Of a stretch of 64,000 nt of DNA, positions 1 through 13,400 are shown piece by piece; positions within the stretch are counted from its first letter, which is position 1, and every line of letters starts with the position of its first letter. The translations under genes and the position numbers were made by a program. Under the pieces are notes generated by a model that worked only from the letters and a program-made list of their open reading frames with translations, was not told the DNA's origin and did no database searches. The stretch lies in the IMG/VR virus record IMGVR_UViG_3300020183_000052, positions 1-64,000 of that record. One strand, given 5' to 3'. This stretch comes from an uncultured virus (IMG/VR IMGVR_UViG_3300020183_000052) (Duplodnaviria > Heunggongvirae > Uroviricota > Caudoviricetes).

Positions 1-2
1 TA

Positions 3-3000
3 ACTGCTAGTGGGTTAAGAGATATAAAAACAGGATTTACTGGAATGCTCGAAGAACTGCAAGGTATAGCTAGAGGTAGAACACTAACATTTGAAGAGTC
101 TGATACGGTCAAAAAACTTCAACAACAAATAAATGCAATAGACGTAGCCTTAAGTAAACAAAATGAAGGTGACATTATAGCTAGAGTAAACCTTGGAATG
201 GGTCAAATAAAAGGTGAAGCTTTTATAATGTCAGACAGAATGGCCCAAAGATTTAGAGATCCTATTACTGGTCTTCTTCCACGAGTAATTACAGACATAA
301 CAAACCTAAAAGGTGAAGTTGGTTCCGATATTGTCAGAAACCTTTTGTTGGATGTTGGAGAAGAAAAGCCAGAAGTATTTAGTGATCCACTTATGTTTTT
401 GTATCATGAAGAATATTTTTCTCAATCAACATTTAGAAGAACACTGCAAGCAAATGCAGCTTCTGGATTAGCAAATGTTTCTGGATTTACTGAAACAGCA
501 GATATTCCTAGGGAAGTTTTAAGACAACTTGAAATGGATCTAGCAGATGAAGTAAGTACAGTGGTTCCAAGTACTAGGCACGCAGTTCCTGTACAAAGAC
601 TTGATCCAGTTTTTAGATCAGCTAATTTAAGAATGAAAAAAGAAGCTGAAGAAATTGTTTTAGCTTTGAGAGCAGGAGAAGATCCAAGAAATATACCAGC
701 ATTAATGAGAAGAGTTGCAGACCACTATATGTCTAAGGTTGTTAGATACAAAGGAAGACCAGATGTAGCAATGCCGACAGCACAAAGATTTGCTTTAAGA
801 ACTTTTGAGTCAGTAGCAGATATGGGTTCTGGCTTTCAGGGTTCTGTTAGGCATGGAATAGACCTGTCTCACTATGGCATGGCAGGATCAGTTTCGGATG
901 AAATAAATTTTCTTCAATTTAGAATAAAAGGTCATGACATGTTGTTGGCCGGTAGGGCTGCACGTTTGTATAAGAACTCTCTTGGTGGATTTGACTTGGA
1001 CGACAAGGGTATACCTCTTATGTCAACTTTTGTCGATACTTCAAAGAAAAAAAGATTAGCGTTTTTTACATTAAGGCAGCCAACATCTTTTCAAGAGTCT
1101 ATCGCTATGGTGGCAGACCTAACTGATGTAAGTACAATTCGTGCCTTATTTAAGGATAATCAAAGATTAATAAACGCAGTACATGATGATGCTTTTATTG
1201 GCGGCTTGGGTTATACAACTAGAAGCGGTGCAGTAAAAAAATTAAGAGAAATATTACCTTCCACAGGAAGAGGTGGACCTAGAAATGGTCGAATATCTGC
1301 ATCATTAGCGCGTCAGGTAGAGAATTTGGCCATTCAATTAATTGAATCAGATAGGGTTAATGGAACAGAACTTCCCGGTCTTACGTCCAGTCAGATAGCA
1401 CAAATGCTTATGACTCAAGACCCTAGCGTTTTAGGTCTTTCGTCAACAGTCAGGAGTGGATCAAAATTGTTCGAATTGATGAGAGAAGTAGGTTTAAATC
1501 CATCAAAAGAACCATCTCCATATTCTTCGGATACAGTTTTTCAAATATTTAGAAGAAAAGGCGAATCTAGAGTTCAAGGACAAATTATAGCCGCAGTAGA
1601 ATCTGAGCTGGGAATAACCTTTAGTGGAGACGCAGCAGCAAAAATGCAAGAGATAACAAATTTAATAGACAAAACAGGACCGCGATACGCCCAAGGAATG
1701 GAACACAGGGTTGCAACAGCTGTTAGAACTATTCTAGAAGATGTTCAAAGAGCAGCTGCAGAAACTACAGTTGAAGAATCAATTGGTCTTTTTATTAATA
1801 GACAAGCAGCATCAATATACAATCTACAGCATTCTAGAAGAATCATGGAACAGTCCGGTACTGCAACAGCCGAAGATATTGGCATACTAAGAAGAGCTTC
1901 AACAATATTTACTTTACCTGCCTCTGAAGCTGTTGACTTTAGTAAACAAATATCTCTTGAACAATTTTTGACAACACAAGGAGAAGCTTTATCAAGAATA
2001 AATACAGAAATGGGAATAGACCCCGAATCTGTATTAGAAACAATGGTAGCTTATTTTCAACACATGTCCACAAAAGAGGGAACCCCAATGCCCTCTGAAG
2101 ATCAAATTAGGAGAGCTTTATTGAATTTACCCGATGGAGCCCCAATGCCAGCACTTAGTTTGGATGCAGTCGGCAAGCAGATGTTGAAATCTTTTAAGTC
2201 AGTTGGAGTTATTAGAGCACAACAAATAGCGCAACAAGTTGCAACAACCGGTGCTGTAGATGTGGATTCTTTGTTTGGTCTTCAAAGAAGTCTTTTTGAA
2301 GGAGATTTTGCAAGAATAAGTGAATACGGCACAGATCAAACAGCAGCAGTTGATCAAGTATTATCGGGTTTGACAGAATACTTAAGAACAAAATCAGGCT
2401 TAACAACTCAACAGACAGCAGCAATTCAAAATCATATAGACGAACTTACGGCAGCTAGATCGTCTGGCACAGATTCAGAAGGTGCAACAAAACGAGTATT
2501 AGAAAGTCTTTACATGAGAGAAGGAACCGATGCCTATAGAAGGTTTGCTGACATGGATCAGATAGCAAGAGAGCTTCAGCAAATATATACAGCGGCAGAA
2601 GTAGAAAAATCAAAAGTAATTGCTGGAGCAAGAGAAAGATCGACTGCTCCTATAGCAACTGTTAAATCTAGGTTTAGAACAGAATCAAGAAACATAGTAT
2701 CAAACATAAGACAAGAAATAGATATAATAAAAACAAAATCATCTTCAATTAGGGCAGCAGGTAGAGACGTTGCCGTCTCAGAAGTTTATTCTTTAAGACA
2801 AGCAAGAATAGCTGCAGCAACAAAAGTTTTTGAAGGAGTTTCAGCAGCTCGAGCAGCAGCTCAAGCAGCTGGAGAGACATTTGGTGGAAGAGAAACTCTT
2901 GACGTTGTTGAATCTGTATTGGCAAATTTGATCAGACAGTTACCAGAAACTGAAGCAGAAGCTTTGTTGAGAACAGAAATTCTTAGCGAATCAGAAGACC

Positions 3001-3977
3001 TTACTGTAATGCAAGAGTTGTTTGGTGCAGCAAGAAGAAGAATGCTAGGAAAAGCACAAGCAGCAAGAACAGATATGGCTATGGCTTTAGATCCAAGAAT
3101 CCAAGGGGCTTATGATTTTGCATCAGATAGCAGGAGTCTTTTGAGCCAACATGTAAGGTCTGAACTTGGTGGAGCACTTCCAAGAAACTTAGAGGATGTA
3201 ACATCAGATCAAGCTGCTGGCATTATAAAAGGAATTAGAAAATATAGGAAAGCAGCTGGAACAGGAATAGACCCTGCAGAAAATGAAGCCTTGAGAATTC
3301 TTTCCGAGTTAATGGGACAAAGAAAACGAGATCGAGCAGTATTTCAAGCAGATGAAATGGCCAGAATTACTCCAGAAGCAGAAAATGCCTACAGGTATTA
3401 TTATGGTGGAAGAAGGATGGTTGACCAACAAGAAAACATTGCTGGAGATATTGCCTCTACAAGACTTCTTGGTTCGGGTGGTGGACCAATTGCCCCAGGA
3501 TCTGCAGAGGCAATAAGAACTTCAGTGGATGATGTTGTTCGTGCAGCTCCAGTAAGAACTGCATATAAAAGATTTGGAGAATCTTTGAGGTCAGGTGCAC
3601 TTGGAGAAGCCGTTAGAAATCCGTTAGTGCGCAGAGGCGCCATCGCGGCAGTTGCCTTAGCCGCTTTTGGTTTTATACACTCAGCTAGAAAAGATCATGC
3701 GGAATCCGACATCATGGGGCCACCACTACTCCCAGGCGGCAGTGCCTACGAAAAGGATTACCCCAGGACAATGGTTGAACCCTCTACCGATAAATACCAG
3801 GGTACCGCAGCGCCTGGGGCTCAGTATAGAATATACACAACTGGGTCGCAAGATGATTCAGAAAGATTAAGTTCAATGCTTCAAGGCGTTGTAGATGGGC
3901 CCATTAACAGTACTATGTATAATAGCCTTCCGCAACTAGGAAGAGATCCTTATTCTTCCGTTGCTTCAAGTTTTTAG
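3..3977 (+). CDS. Large protein (>1320 aa, 5' truncated by window), probably virion-associated (tape-measure/ejection-type); carries GGFDLDD and LRQPT motifs reminiscent of two-barrel RNA polymerases
   Basis: Frame is open from base 3 to the stop at 3977. Ala/Arg-rich, helical-looking C-terminal half with a hydrophobic segment (GAIAAVALAAFGFI). Lies directly upstream of the tail/baseplate module. Function is inferred. Confidence 0.5.
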   Translation, partial: TASGLRDIKTGFTGMLEELQGIARGRTLTFEESDTVKKLQQQINAIDVALSKQNEGDIIARVNLGMGQIKGEAFIMSDRMAQRFRDPITGLLPRVITDITNLKGEVGSDIVRNLLLDVGEEKPEVFSDPLMFLYHEEYFSQSTFRRTLQANAASGLANVSGFTETADIPREVLRQLEMDLADEVSTVVPSTRHAVPVQRLDPVFRSANLRMKKEAEEIVLALRAGEDPRNIPALMRRVADHYMSKVVRYKGRPDVAMPTAQRFALRTFESVADMGSGFQGSVRHGIDLSHYGMAGSVSDEINFLQFRIKGHDMLLAGRAARLYKNSLGGFDLDDKGIPLMSTFVDTSKKKRLAFFTLRQPTSFQESIAMVADLTDVSTIRALFKDNQRLINAVHDDAFIGGLGYTTRSGAVKKLREILPSTGRGGPRNGRISASLARQVENLAIQLIESDRVNGTELPGLTSSQIAQMLMTQDPSVLGLSSTVRSGSKLFELMREVGLNPSKEPSPYSSDTVFQIFRRKGESRVQGQIIAAVESELGITFSGDAAAKMQEITNLIDKTGPRYAQGMEHRVATAVRTILEDVQRAAAETTVEESIGLFINRQAASIYNLQHSRRIMEQSGTATAEDIGILRRASTIFTLPASEAVDFSKQISLEQFLTTQGEALSRINTEMGIDPESVLETMVAYFQHMSTKEGTPMPSEDQIRRALLNLPDGAPMPALSLDAVGKQMLKSFKSVGVIRAQQIAQQVATTGAVDVDSLFGLQRSLFEGDFARISEYGTDQTAAVDQVLSGLTEYLRTKSGLTTQQTAAIQNHIDELTAARSSGTDSEGATKRVLESLYMREGTDAYRRFADMDQIARELQQIYTAAEVEKSKVIAGARERSTAPIATVKSRFRTESRNIVSNIRQEIDIIKTKSSSIRAAGRDVAVSEVYSLRQARIAAATKVFEGVSAARAAAQAAGETFGGRETLDVVESVLANLIRQLPETEAEALLRTEILSESEDLTVMQELFGAARRRMLGKAQAARTDMAMALDPRIQGAYDFASDSRSLLSQHVRSELGGALPRNLEDVTSDQAAGIIKGIRKYRKAAGTGIDPAENEALRILSELMGQRKRDRAVFQADEMARITPEAENAYRYYYGGRRMVDQQENIAGDIASTRLLGSGGGPIAPGSAEAIRTSVDDVVRAAPVRTAYKRFGESLRSGALGEAVRNPLVRRGAIAAVALAAFGFIHSARKDHAESDIMGPPLLPGGSAYEKDYPRTMVEPSTDKYQGTAAPGAQYRIYTTGSQDDSERLSSMLQGVVDGPINSTMYNSLPQLGRDPYSSVASSF

Positions 3978-3987
3978 GTATTAAAGT

Positions 3988-4444
3988 ATGATAGTCCGGT
4001 GCAGATAACCAAAACAGAAATTTGTCTGACGCTGCAGCTAAAAGAGTTGACACCAGTCCAAGGACAGCAACATCGAATAAGTACGCAGCCAGTGTAACTT
4101 CTAATATTAAAAAAGGCTCAGGGGTTTCTGGTTCTGTGACAAGTGCTTCAAAAACAAGTGTTGACTATCAAAAGCCTGATCCAGTTAAGGCATCTTTTGA
4201 GGGATTAGATAAATCTAAATCTGCCCATATTCAACCAGATGGAACTGGCTATTCAAGCAGATTGAATCAACAAGCAAGGTATACCGATAAAACAATCAAA
4301 AATTTTAATGGTTCAACAAATGGGATAAACTCACTTGCCAATTTTAAAAGACCTGGTATAATTACAAATTACAGTTCTAGTGCAGCAAAGAATTCTTCTA
4401 CATTTAGGCTCAACTCAATGCTTGACATCAATAAATTATTTTAG
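3988..4444 (+). CDS. Hypothetical protein (~151 aa) with +1 shift at CGG 3997
   Basis: ATG ATA GTC C-GGT GCA GAT AAC CAA... joins the ATG at 3988 to the 4022..4444 ORF, which otherwise starts at a TTG. Confidence 0.7.
3997..4000 (+). other. CGG +1 recoding site 1 (GTC CGGT)
   Basis: 0 frame stops 2 codons later (TGC AGA TAA); +1 frame reads GADNQNRNLSDAAA into the downstream ORF. Confidence 0.7.
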
Positions 4445-4450
4445 GAAATT

Positions 4451-7400
4451 ATGGTAGACAGACCAAGTACACAGCAAACTTATTCTGATTCTGACTTAGC
4501 TCCAATTACTGACCTTATTAATATATCTCAACAGAGGGGGCGTTGGAGCAAAATAGCAGGCTGGACCTCAAATGTAATTAATAACGCTGTCAACGCTACG
4601 GTAGACGTTGTTGATGCAGCAATTGGCGGAGTTGGTTTATCGGGTCATAATTTAAATATTGAATGGGGACAAGATCATTCTGGTAGAGGAATAGAGCATT
4701 CATATAATAAACTTCTTGCTTTCAATAAAACAGCTGTCGGCAATGATGAAAATTTAGCAGAAGCAATTTTAACAAAATTAAAAAATTCTGGATTGTTAGA
4801 ATTAGCAGAAATGGCCGGACGGAATACAAGAATTTGCCAGAGCGCGTTTTGCTTCCGTAAAAAACTTGAGAGAATCTGCAGCAGAAAGAGATGAAAAAGG
4901 AAACTTTAAATATCTTAAAGCTGACAGAGATATATTTTGGCAAGATAAATTAATAGAAGTAAAGAACTTTTTTGTGCAAGACCCACTTGCACTGGCAACT
5001 ATATATAAATATATGCCCGGCTTATTTAATTTATTTACAACAGCGCTAGCTGCTACTTCCGATTATGGATATTCAGAAGAAGACGCTCTTAATAACCAAA
5101 GACAAATTATTACCGAAATGTTTAGGTCTTTTGGAACAGATAAAGATGGAAAAGCTGTTTTTAAGCCTGTTTGGGCAGTAGACAACTTTATAACTGCACA
5201 AAAAATAGAGCAGGCTATTAAAAAAATAGGTTTTCCAACAGGAACTCCACCTGTATCTCCAGATGTTTTTCACTTAAGAATAGGTGCATCTAATTTTTAT
5301 GTACCGCCGCTTTCAATATCCGTAAACACCGGCTATAAAACTGGAAGCTTAACAGGTGGGGCAATTAGGCAAAAAGCTTCTCCAAAATTTAATTCTGGAT
5401 ACAAAGAAACCTCAATAGCAATAAAGTTGTTTTTTCCAAACTATGAAGAAATATGGGGAATATCTGCGCAAGACGCAGCAACAATGAATTTAAGATCTAA
5501 TATAAAAATAGACTTCCTAAACAAAAAAGATCAACAAAGGATAGACAAGTTTTTATCTTCATTAAGGGGACTCATAGCAGCTTTCAAGTATGCCCCAATT
5601 CTTCCCATAAGAAACCATTACATAAATCAGGTTTTTGGTATTACTGGAGTAACCTTAATGTCAATGTCGATTTCAACAGTTCCCAATTTTCCTTTTGCGG
5701 TTTCGGTAGATTTACAATTAGCTGCTTTTAACCACAGGCCATTTTTGCCTATGATTAAAGACTTCAATCAAGCTATTGATTGGTCAAAATTTAGATTTTA
5801 CATGGGAAGAGCAGCTATGGCTATATCGGAGTCTGCCGGAGAAGAATTTTTAATTACGTCTTCAGACAATAAGCCAGAGCAAACTCCAGACTCAATGCTA
5901 GACAGAGTTACTAGCCCTATCTATAAAAATCAAAGCGATTTAGTTCTTGGAACAAATGTTTATGAAGAATGGGTTAATGGCAATAATATAGTTTTTTACA
6001 TTCCAGAACAAGTTCAGTCAAAAGTTTTTGCTCCAGACACTTCCTCTTTTAGAACAAGTGAAGAAAGAAATTTAACAGATCTTGGCAGAGCTTTTTGGGA
6101 AAGGTGGCTAAGCAGAATAGGTATAGATATTTCTGAAGCGGCTTTATATAGAAAATTGGATACTGTTGTTTCTTTGTCAAGAGAAAATACTTTTACTCAG
6201 ACAGATAGAAAACAAGTGGAATCTGTAGTTAATATAGTTTTGGCAGGAGCAAATAGTTCCAATATAGGCGACAAGCTTTACGCAGCAGCAGCACAGCAGT
6301 ATGTCAGTGAAAATAATATAACAAGCTCACAAATCTACGACTATATATTAAATCCAAAATCACCAAATGAACTTGAAAGTCCAGCAGGATTAACTGAAAA
6401 AATTAAAAATGACAAATGGACAATTTGGAACAAAACTAGAAATTCAAAGAGTTATATATACGATCAAATAGAAAAAATTGCTATTAAAGCAGGTAAAAAA
6501 GCAAGACCTGCAATAACGGATACAAAATCAGATCAATTCAAAAAACTCAAGCAGCAAATACAAAAAAGATTTATAGACGCATTTAATGTGACATTGTATG
6601 ATAGAGTCTTTTCTGACGAGGGAATAAAGGGCATATTTGAAGCAGAGGCCCTTAAAAAGGGTGGAACTTTTACCATAAAAGAATGGGAAGTTCCAATGAT
6701 GAAAGTTAATCTTGATGCAAAGTCTGTCATAGTCAATTCTGTCGCTGTAACAATGTCCAATAATATGGCCAAGCTTCAATTGCAGATGCAAGATGAAGCG
6801 ACATATCAATACATAGGTTCTAATGACTCTTATGTCTCTATTTCGATGACGGTATTTGGAGAAAAAGAACTTAGCAAGTTGACGCGAATGCTTGAGTTTT
6901 TAAGCGGACTTGCTAGATTAGAGCAAGCTGCCGGCGTCATAGGGTTCATGGGCATAAAGAATGTTTTGTCTGCTTTGTGTGGAATTAAATATGTAGTACC
7001 AATGACGTATAATGTTGATACAATACCTGGTTATCCACATGTTTACAGCGTCCAAATGACTTTTGTTGACTTTGATATTTTTCAACAAAAAAGAGAAAGT
7101 ATCAGCTCAGAAACGCAGATTGCTCTCATTAAAGAATTTGGAACAAAGAAAAATCCATTCTTAAGATTAAAACAAAATTGGTCATCAATAAATGCGTATC
7201 CCGACATGCCGCTTGCAATTAAGGACGATAAAACTGGACAATACATTGGGTCTTTGGATCCTGATTTTTACTTTAGATCTTTTGAAATGTTTGACAAAGA
7301 TGTTGTAAATAGCGTTATAGAGCCGAGCAGCTTTAACATTCCTGCCGTCACTGAAGCTGGAACTGCTGCCATCAAAAAGACTATGGCAGAAAAAAAACAA

Positions 7401-10400
7401 GACTATTTATCACTGGTTAACTCCGTTAAAGAGTTGATGATAAATAACAATGGAAACTTAGAAATTGTAAAAGATTTTTTAATTAAAGAAAAAAATATGT
7501 CTGCATACGATGCAATGAACATATTTAGAATAGCTATATACGACAATAATAATGAAAGCTTAATCGAGCAGAGCTATCTTGGCTCAGCTGGAACTCTTGC
7601 TGGAAAAACTCCAACATTGTGGAAAGATATGGTTGAAAATTTTAGAGATGATAATGAAATTCTTTACAATTTTGAAGACATAAATTTTAGCACTAAATAT
7701 GGAGAAATAAGGATAGATCAACTATTGGGTGGAGTAAATGCTCAAGTTGAAAGGTTCAACAAATTGGTATCAGCATCGATACAAAAGTCTGAAACAAGAG
7801 AGCTTCCATCCTTTGACCCAGATGACGCAGAGCACTATGGCATACTTCATTATATTCCAGCAGCTGATTCAGCATCTGTCGGAAAAATACCAGCTATATA
7901 TCAAACTCCTGATGGTGGATATATTTTTGGTTATTCTGACAATGAGGATGGCAGATTTTATTTATCAGAAGACAACCTTCAACGTGATATGCAAACTGGA
8001 AAAGTTTTGTCTACTACAACAATTGGAATAACAGATCCATCAACGGCAGACAAAGATCCTCAAGCTGCTCATACTGGAATACCTGGAGCAAAATCAATTG
8101 ATCAATATCAGATAGCATATGGGAATTCTGACACAGAAAAAATGCAGGCCGTTTCTGCGGGCAGCAAGCAACAAAATGTTGCCAGGCACTGGGAAAAGAT
8201 GATGATGGACACAGAGTACAGGGATCTCTCTGGAAGAATGATAAGAGCTTATCCAACTTATCTTTTGTGGTTAATAGATGATTCTAACTTCTTTGCAGGA
8301 GTCAAACTGTTTGATAACTTTTATGGATTACAATCTGTTATAGATTTTTCTTTAGCTCAATCAGAAGATGTATTGGGAGATACTTTGGTTCTTAGATTGT
8401 CAAATACGTATTCTAAACTAAGTAAACCATTAAAAACAGTTTCATCTTTAGTTTCTGACGGTCAAATAATGAATACGGAAACAATTTCTAACTTAACGCG
8501 AAACACTTCCTTAATCATTGATAAGATCCTGCAGACTTCAATGAACATAAGATCAAATATGAGTTCTTCATATGTAACTCAAATAGGCAATATGAGAATT
8601 AAGCCTGGCGTAAGAGTACATTTAAGAGCTGGATATGGGTCTAATCCAAATTCTCTTCAAACTATTTTTAACGGAATAATAACAGAAGTTGAAAATGGAG
8701 AAATTGTTACAATAATAGCACAATCTGACGCAATAGAGTTGTCTCCCATAATAAACTCAATAAACAAAAAAGGAGACAGTGGCAAGATTGACGGTGGAGC
8801 AGACACTGGATTGTGGATGTCGGAACCAAGAGATTTAATGATACGACTCTTGTCCATGGGCTCTTCTAGAACAAGAGAGGCTTTTGCTAATGCAACTAGA
8901 GGAGCGGTCTTTTCTGAAAATAAATTTGGAATTAGACATTTTGGCAGTATTCTTTATGAGCCATTAACAGAAGCCGAAAAACAAAGGTCAACTCAATACA
9001 GACAGTCAATAACCAATGCGTTCAATGCTGTGGGCAACAACCCAATTACCGGTTCTTCCGGTCTTGCATGGAACAGCGCAGTAAACATTTTGACTGGCGG
9101 AATGCAATTTGGGGCAAATGTAGCCCTTGGTGGAGCTCTGCCAAATAAGTATATGGGCCTACAGAGCGCAGGAGGTTCTGTAAGAACTCCAGTTTTAGGA
9201 GCAATGCAATCAATGTGGGCAAATTTTAGTTCTCAAAGAGATTTGGAAATATTCAAAAGAAACATTTATCCAGGAAACGGAATTGGTGTTGCGCAGTTTT
9301 TGGGTGGTGACATAGATGACGGTTGGACAACATTGGCAACTATTGATGAAAAGAAACTTCTTGACGAGAAGTTTGGTTATCTTGAAAGAATGTCCGGCCA
9401 AAATTGGAGCACTCTTACAGTAGAATCAGGCCTAGGAAATGCAGACGCCTCATATGCCCTAGAGGCTCGTCAAAATAATTTTCTTTCAGTAAAAGATGCC
9501 GAAAAAAAAGCCAGCGAGGCTACAGGGGGTCTGGAATACATGGCAAATGCGGGCTCAAAGCTAGTTGTAGCTGCGACGATAAACCCAGCAGCTGCAGGTT
9601 TCGCTACAGGTGTATTTTTGGGAAAGGGGCTACTAAAAGTTTTGGGCAGCAGAGGTGCAAAAAGTATTTTTGGTGCCATGGGACTGGTTAATAACGTAGA
9701 TGATGATATGTATGATGAAGTTTCTTTTAGGGCACAAACATATATGAGATCTGTTTGGGACATGTTTCAAATTTGCGCAAAGCTGCTTCCAAATTACATA
9801 GTTGCAATAAGACCATTTGAAGAAAGGTCTACAATATTTTATGGAAAACCACATTGGCTATATACTTCTGGTGTGGTTCCGATTTCTACAGGTTTTCCAT
9901 CTGAAGAACAGGCACAAAATGAAGGGGTTAATACTCCTGGTTATATCAAGGCAGAGAGCGAATTAAAAGAAATATTAAATTCAATCAACAGAGAAACAAG
10001 CCCGCTAGGGGATGCAGCTGCAGCCCTTAAGTTGAAAGAATCATCCTTTTCCGAGGATTTTGCCTCCTTTGCGCAATCTATGACAGAATTCAGTGGTGTG
10101 TTTAGAGCTGGCGGATCAGATAAAGGTTTGCAAGGCCAGATCATTGACTTTGATGACGAAGAAAGATTAACGTATAGAGGATTTGGCGGAATTGTATCTA
10201 AAATACCTGTAGCAAAAGGTAAAGTCCAGGTTGGTTTCCATCTGCCTTTTGGTAAAACCGGAATATATTCAGATATTCAAGCAGACCATAAGCAGATAAG
10301 TCAACTGCCATTTAGATATAGATATCCATTTTTTACCAATAGAGTTACTGGAACATTAGCTTCATTAGATTTTGATAGAATAATTAAAGCAAATAGAACC

Positions 10401-13400
10401 GATACTGGATCAGCTGATGCGTTTGACCCAAGCGTTGTTCAAAACATAGTTGAAATTGGTCTTTTGGAAAGATCTGTTTTAACTCCAGACGGAAAAGGAA
10501 AAAGTAATGATACAGCTTTAATTTCAAAAAAATCAGATGGAACAAAAAGTTTAGATTTTAATTTTTCTTTTGCGGCAAAAATGTCTCAATTTGGATTAGA
10601 TGAAATAATGAAAATTTCTGCTGCCTTTGATCCCTCTGGATTAAATACTAGCAACATAGCAGGAAGACAAGCAAGCCAGACGGTGATGATGCCGCTTCCT
10701 GTTATAAATTTGCAGGCTGGAGATTTAGTTGTCAAACAATCGGGAATTGAACTAAAGGCAGAATATGCAGAATATTTTGAATTAGATCCAGCTTATGAAG
10801 ATTCTGGCATATACGGAAACGGGTGGGGAGCAGTGGATTTCTCCGACTGGGGAATGCCTAAGGACGCAGATCACGAACAATTCTACATTGCCATGAGATG
10901 GCCATATAAAATGAGTGATTCTTCTAAATATTCACCAGGGCAATACACTCACAAGAATAACACTTTTAAGAAAAGATATAATTTATCTGAAGATGATTTA
11001 TGTGGAACGGTTAATGATTACAAGCAGAGAAGAGTTTTAATTTACAATGAAAAAACCCAACAAGCTGTTGTATGCGCGCCAGCCTACTTTTTGTGGGGAC
11101 AAACAGAAGCAGATGATGGAGGTGTAATTGACGCAATTGTTTCGCCAGACGCTGCATACTTTTTGGGATTGTTGGTAAATCCAGAAAATGGAAGAGTTAT
11201 TTATCCAGGTGAAAATCTTTCAAATCTCTACAAAGATGGAGACTCAACTCTTGTTTTTAATGAAGATAAACAATACGAAAAAATAGGTGGAGTAGAAATG
11301 AATCTGCAAGAATGTAGATTTACTTTTGTCCCAGACTCAACGCCGTTGGGTGTTGTAACCAGCACAGTAAATCCAGCAATGAGGTTTTTTCTTCAAGGTT
11401 CAGAAGGGTCAGATGCAAGAACGACCACTGCACCTTTTATAAATCCTTATCCCTTTGCGGATCCGAATAAAAAATATTTGGCTACTGATAGCCCACTGCT
11501 GGTGGGTTTTGGAAATTTTAAATATAATAAATCAAAAGATTTAACTACTCTAACTCCGCAAACTCAAATTGTAATCACGGATACATTAGAAAATCAGTAT
11601 CTTCCAGCAATTAGGAATGAAGTCATAAAAAGCGGTAACTACGGAACGATCAGAGCTATAGAGTATTCGGAGTCAGCAAATCATGTTGGTCAAAAATATC
11701 AATATTCAACCGCTGAAGGTGTTTCTTTAAGAACCTTAAAGGAATCACAACTTTTTCTAAGAAATGGAGGAAACTACTCTAGGTATTTTCATGAACTGCA
11801 GTTTGGGGACTTCAGTCAACTTAAGCAAGATAATTTAATAGATAAAAGAGAAGAAGATAAAACATCCAATCAAATTGATAAAAATTTTGCAGGTATTTAT
11901 GATCCACTGGACATTGTTTCTATTCAAGCTAGAGCTTTTTATGATGAAAGATTTGATTCAAACATACAAGTAATAGCAGGAAATGGCAGGACTATTGAAG
12001 AGGCTCAAGAAATATGGGATCAATTTAGATGGGGATATCATAATTATACTTCTGTAAAAGATATTTTTAGACAGCTGTACAATTTAGACCCAGATGATGA
12101 AAAAGAATCTAGTGATCCGTTATTTTTAGCCATTAGAGGAGAATCAGATTCAATAATTCAAAATTTTCAAGTTGGAAACTCTAAAGAATTTTCTACTCTT
12201 CTTGGATCAGATTGGATTAATGAACAGTCACAATCACCAGATAGACAAGCAGCGATAGATGTTGCAATGAAAGAATATATTAATTCAGGTTTTGATGGAT
12301 TTGATGAAAATTTAAAAATTAAATTTAATCAAGACAAAGGTTTGACAGATGTATTTAATGCCCTAATACAAAAAAAGATATCAAAAGTACAATCTTTAGT
12401 CAAAGATTATATAAAACTATATCTTTTTTTCAAGGCACAAGATGAAAGCGCAAGTGCGTCATCAAATCCAAATGCATCAAGCAGTTTGCAATATTCGCCA
12501 ACTACTAGATTTCCTGACATTAGTGAAGAGGATGTCAATGAATATTTATCTTGGATAAAAAGCCCAAAACAATTATTTCTTTTAATGGTTGGTATTTTTA
12601 GGCACAAGCTGTGGTCAGATCCATATTCTAGAGCCTGGGTTGTGATAAGACCAGACAAGAAGAGAAGTGGAGATGTTGCAGCAAAGATAGGAACTGTAGC
12701 CGGTGGCGTTGGTGGTCTTTTTCTTCCGGTTCCGGGTGGTCTTGGGGTAGGGGCCGTTACAGGAAATCTAGTAGGTGGAGCTTTGGGATCTGTATTTGGC
12801 GGTCCAGATGAACACGCAAAGTGGAGCTTTAGGCCATTTGATAAGGTTTGGCAAGCTTTTATTGATTATGAGTCACAAATATCTGTTAGCGATTCAGCGT
12901 TTAAGAACTTCTTGCAAAAGAATGCAAAAGAGGGAAATAGTTCCTCAAACTGGATTACAGGCATGAAATCAGACGTTGTTTCTCATTGGGACAAAAACAT
13001 AGGTCCAATTTTAAGCTCATTTAAAACAGCTCTTGGCGGAATGCTAAACATGTTCCAACTTTCAATGCAGCAGATGGGTTATGGTTTATCCCAACTTGAA
13101 AACTTTACTCGACAAGCAAATATCCTTAACAAGGCATACAACGACTCAATATATTACTCAATGGGTAGGCCCGGAAGTTTATTGAGAGCAGTAGATAATC
13201 CCTTTACGAGAGAATATGGCGAACCTGTTGTAGAAGTTAGAGAGCCATTCCAAAGGATGCACTACCTAAGTTCATTCTCTCATATTCTTTCTAATAATAT
13301 TAAAGAAAATATTAGCGGGGTTGCAACACAAATAACAGCTGTTTCTGATGGTAAATATCCCGTTACTGTTGCTTTGGACAAAGCTGCTCCACCAGAAAGG

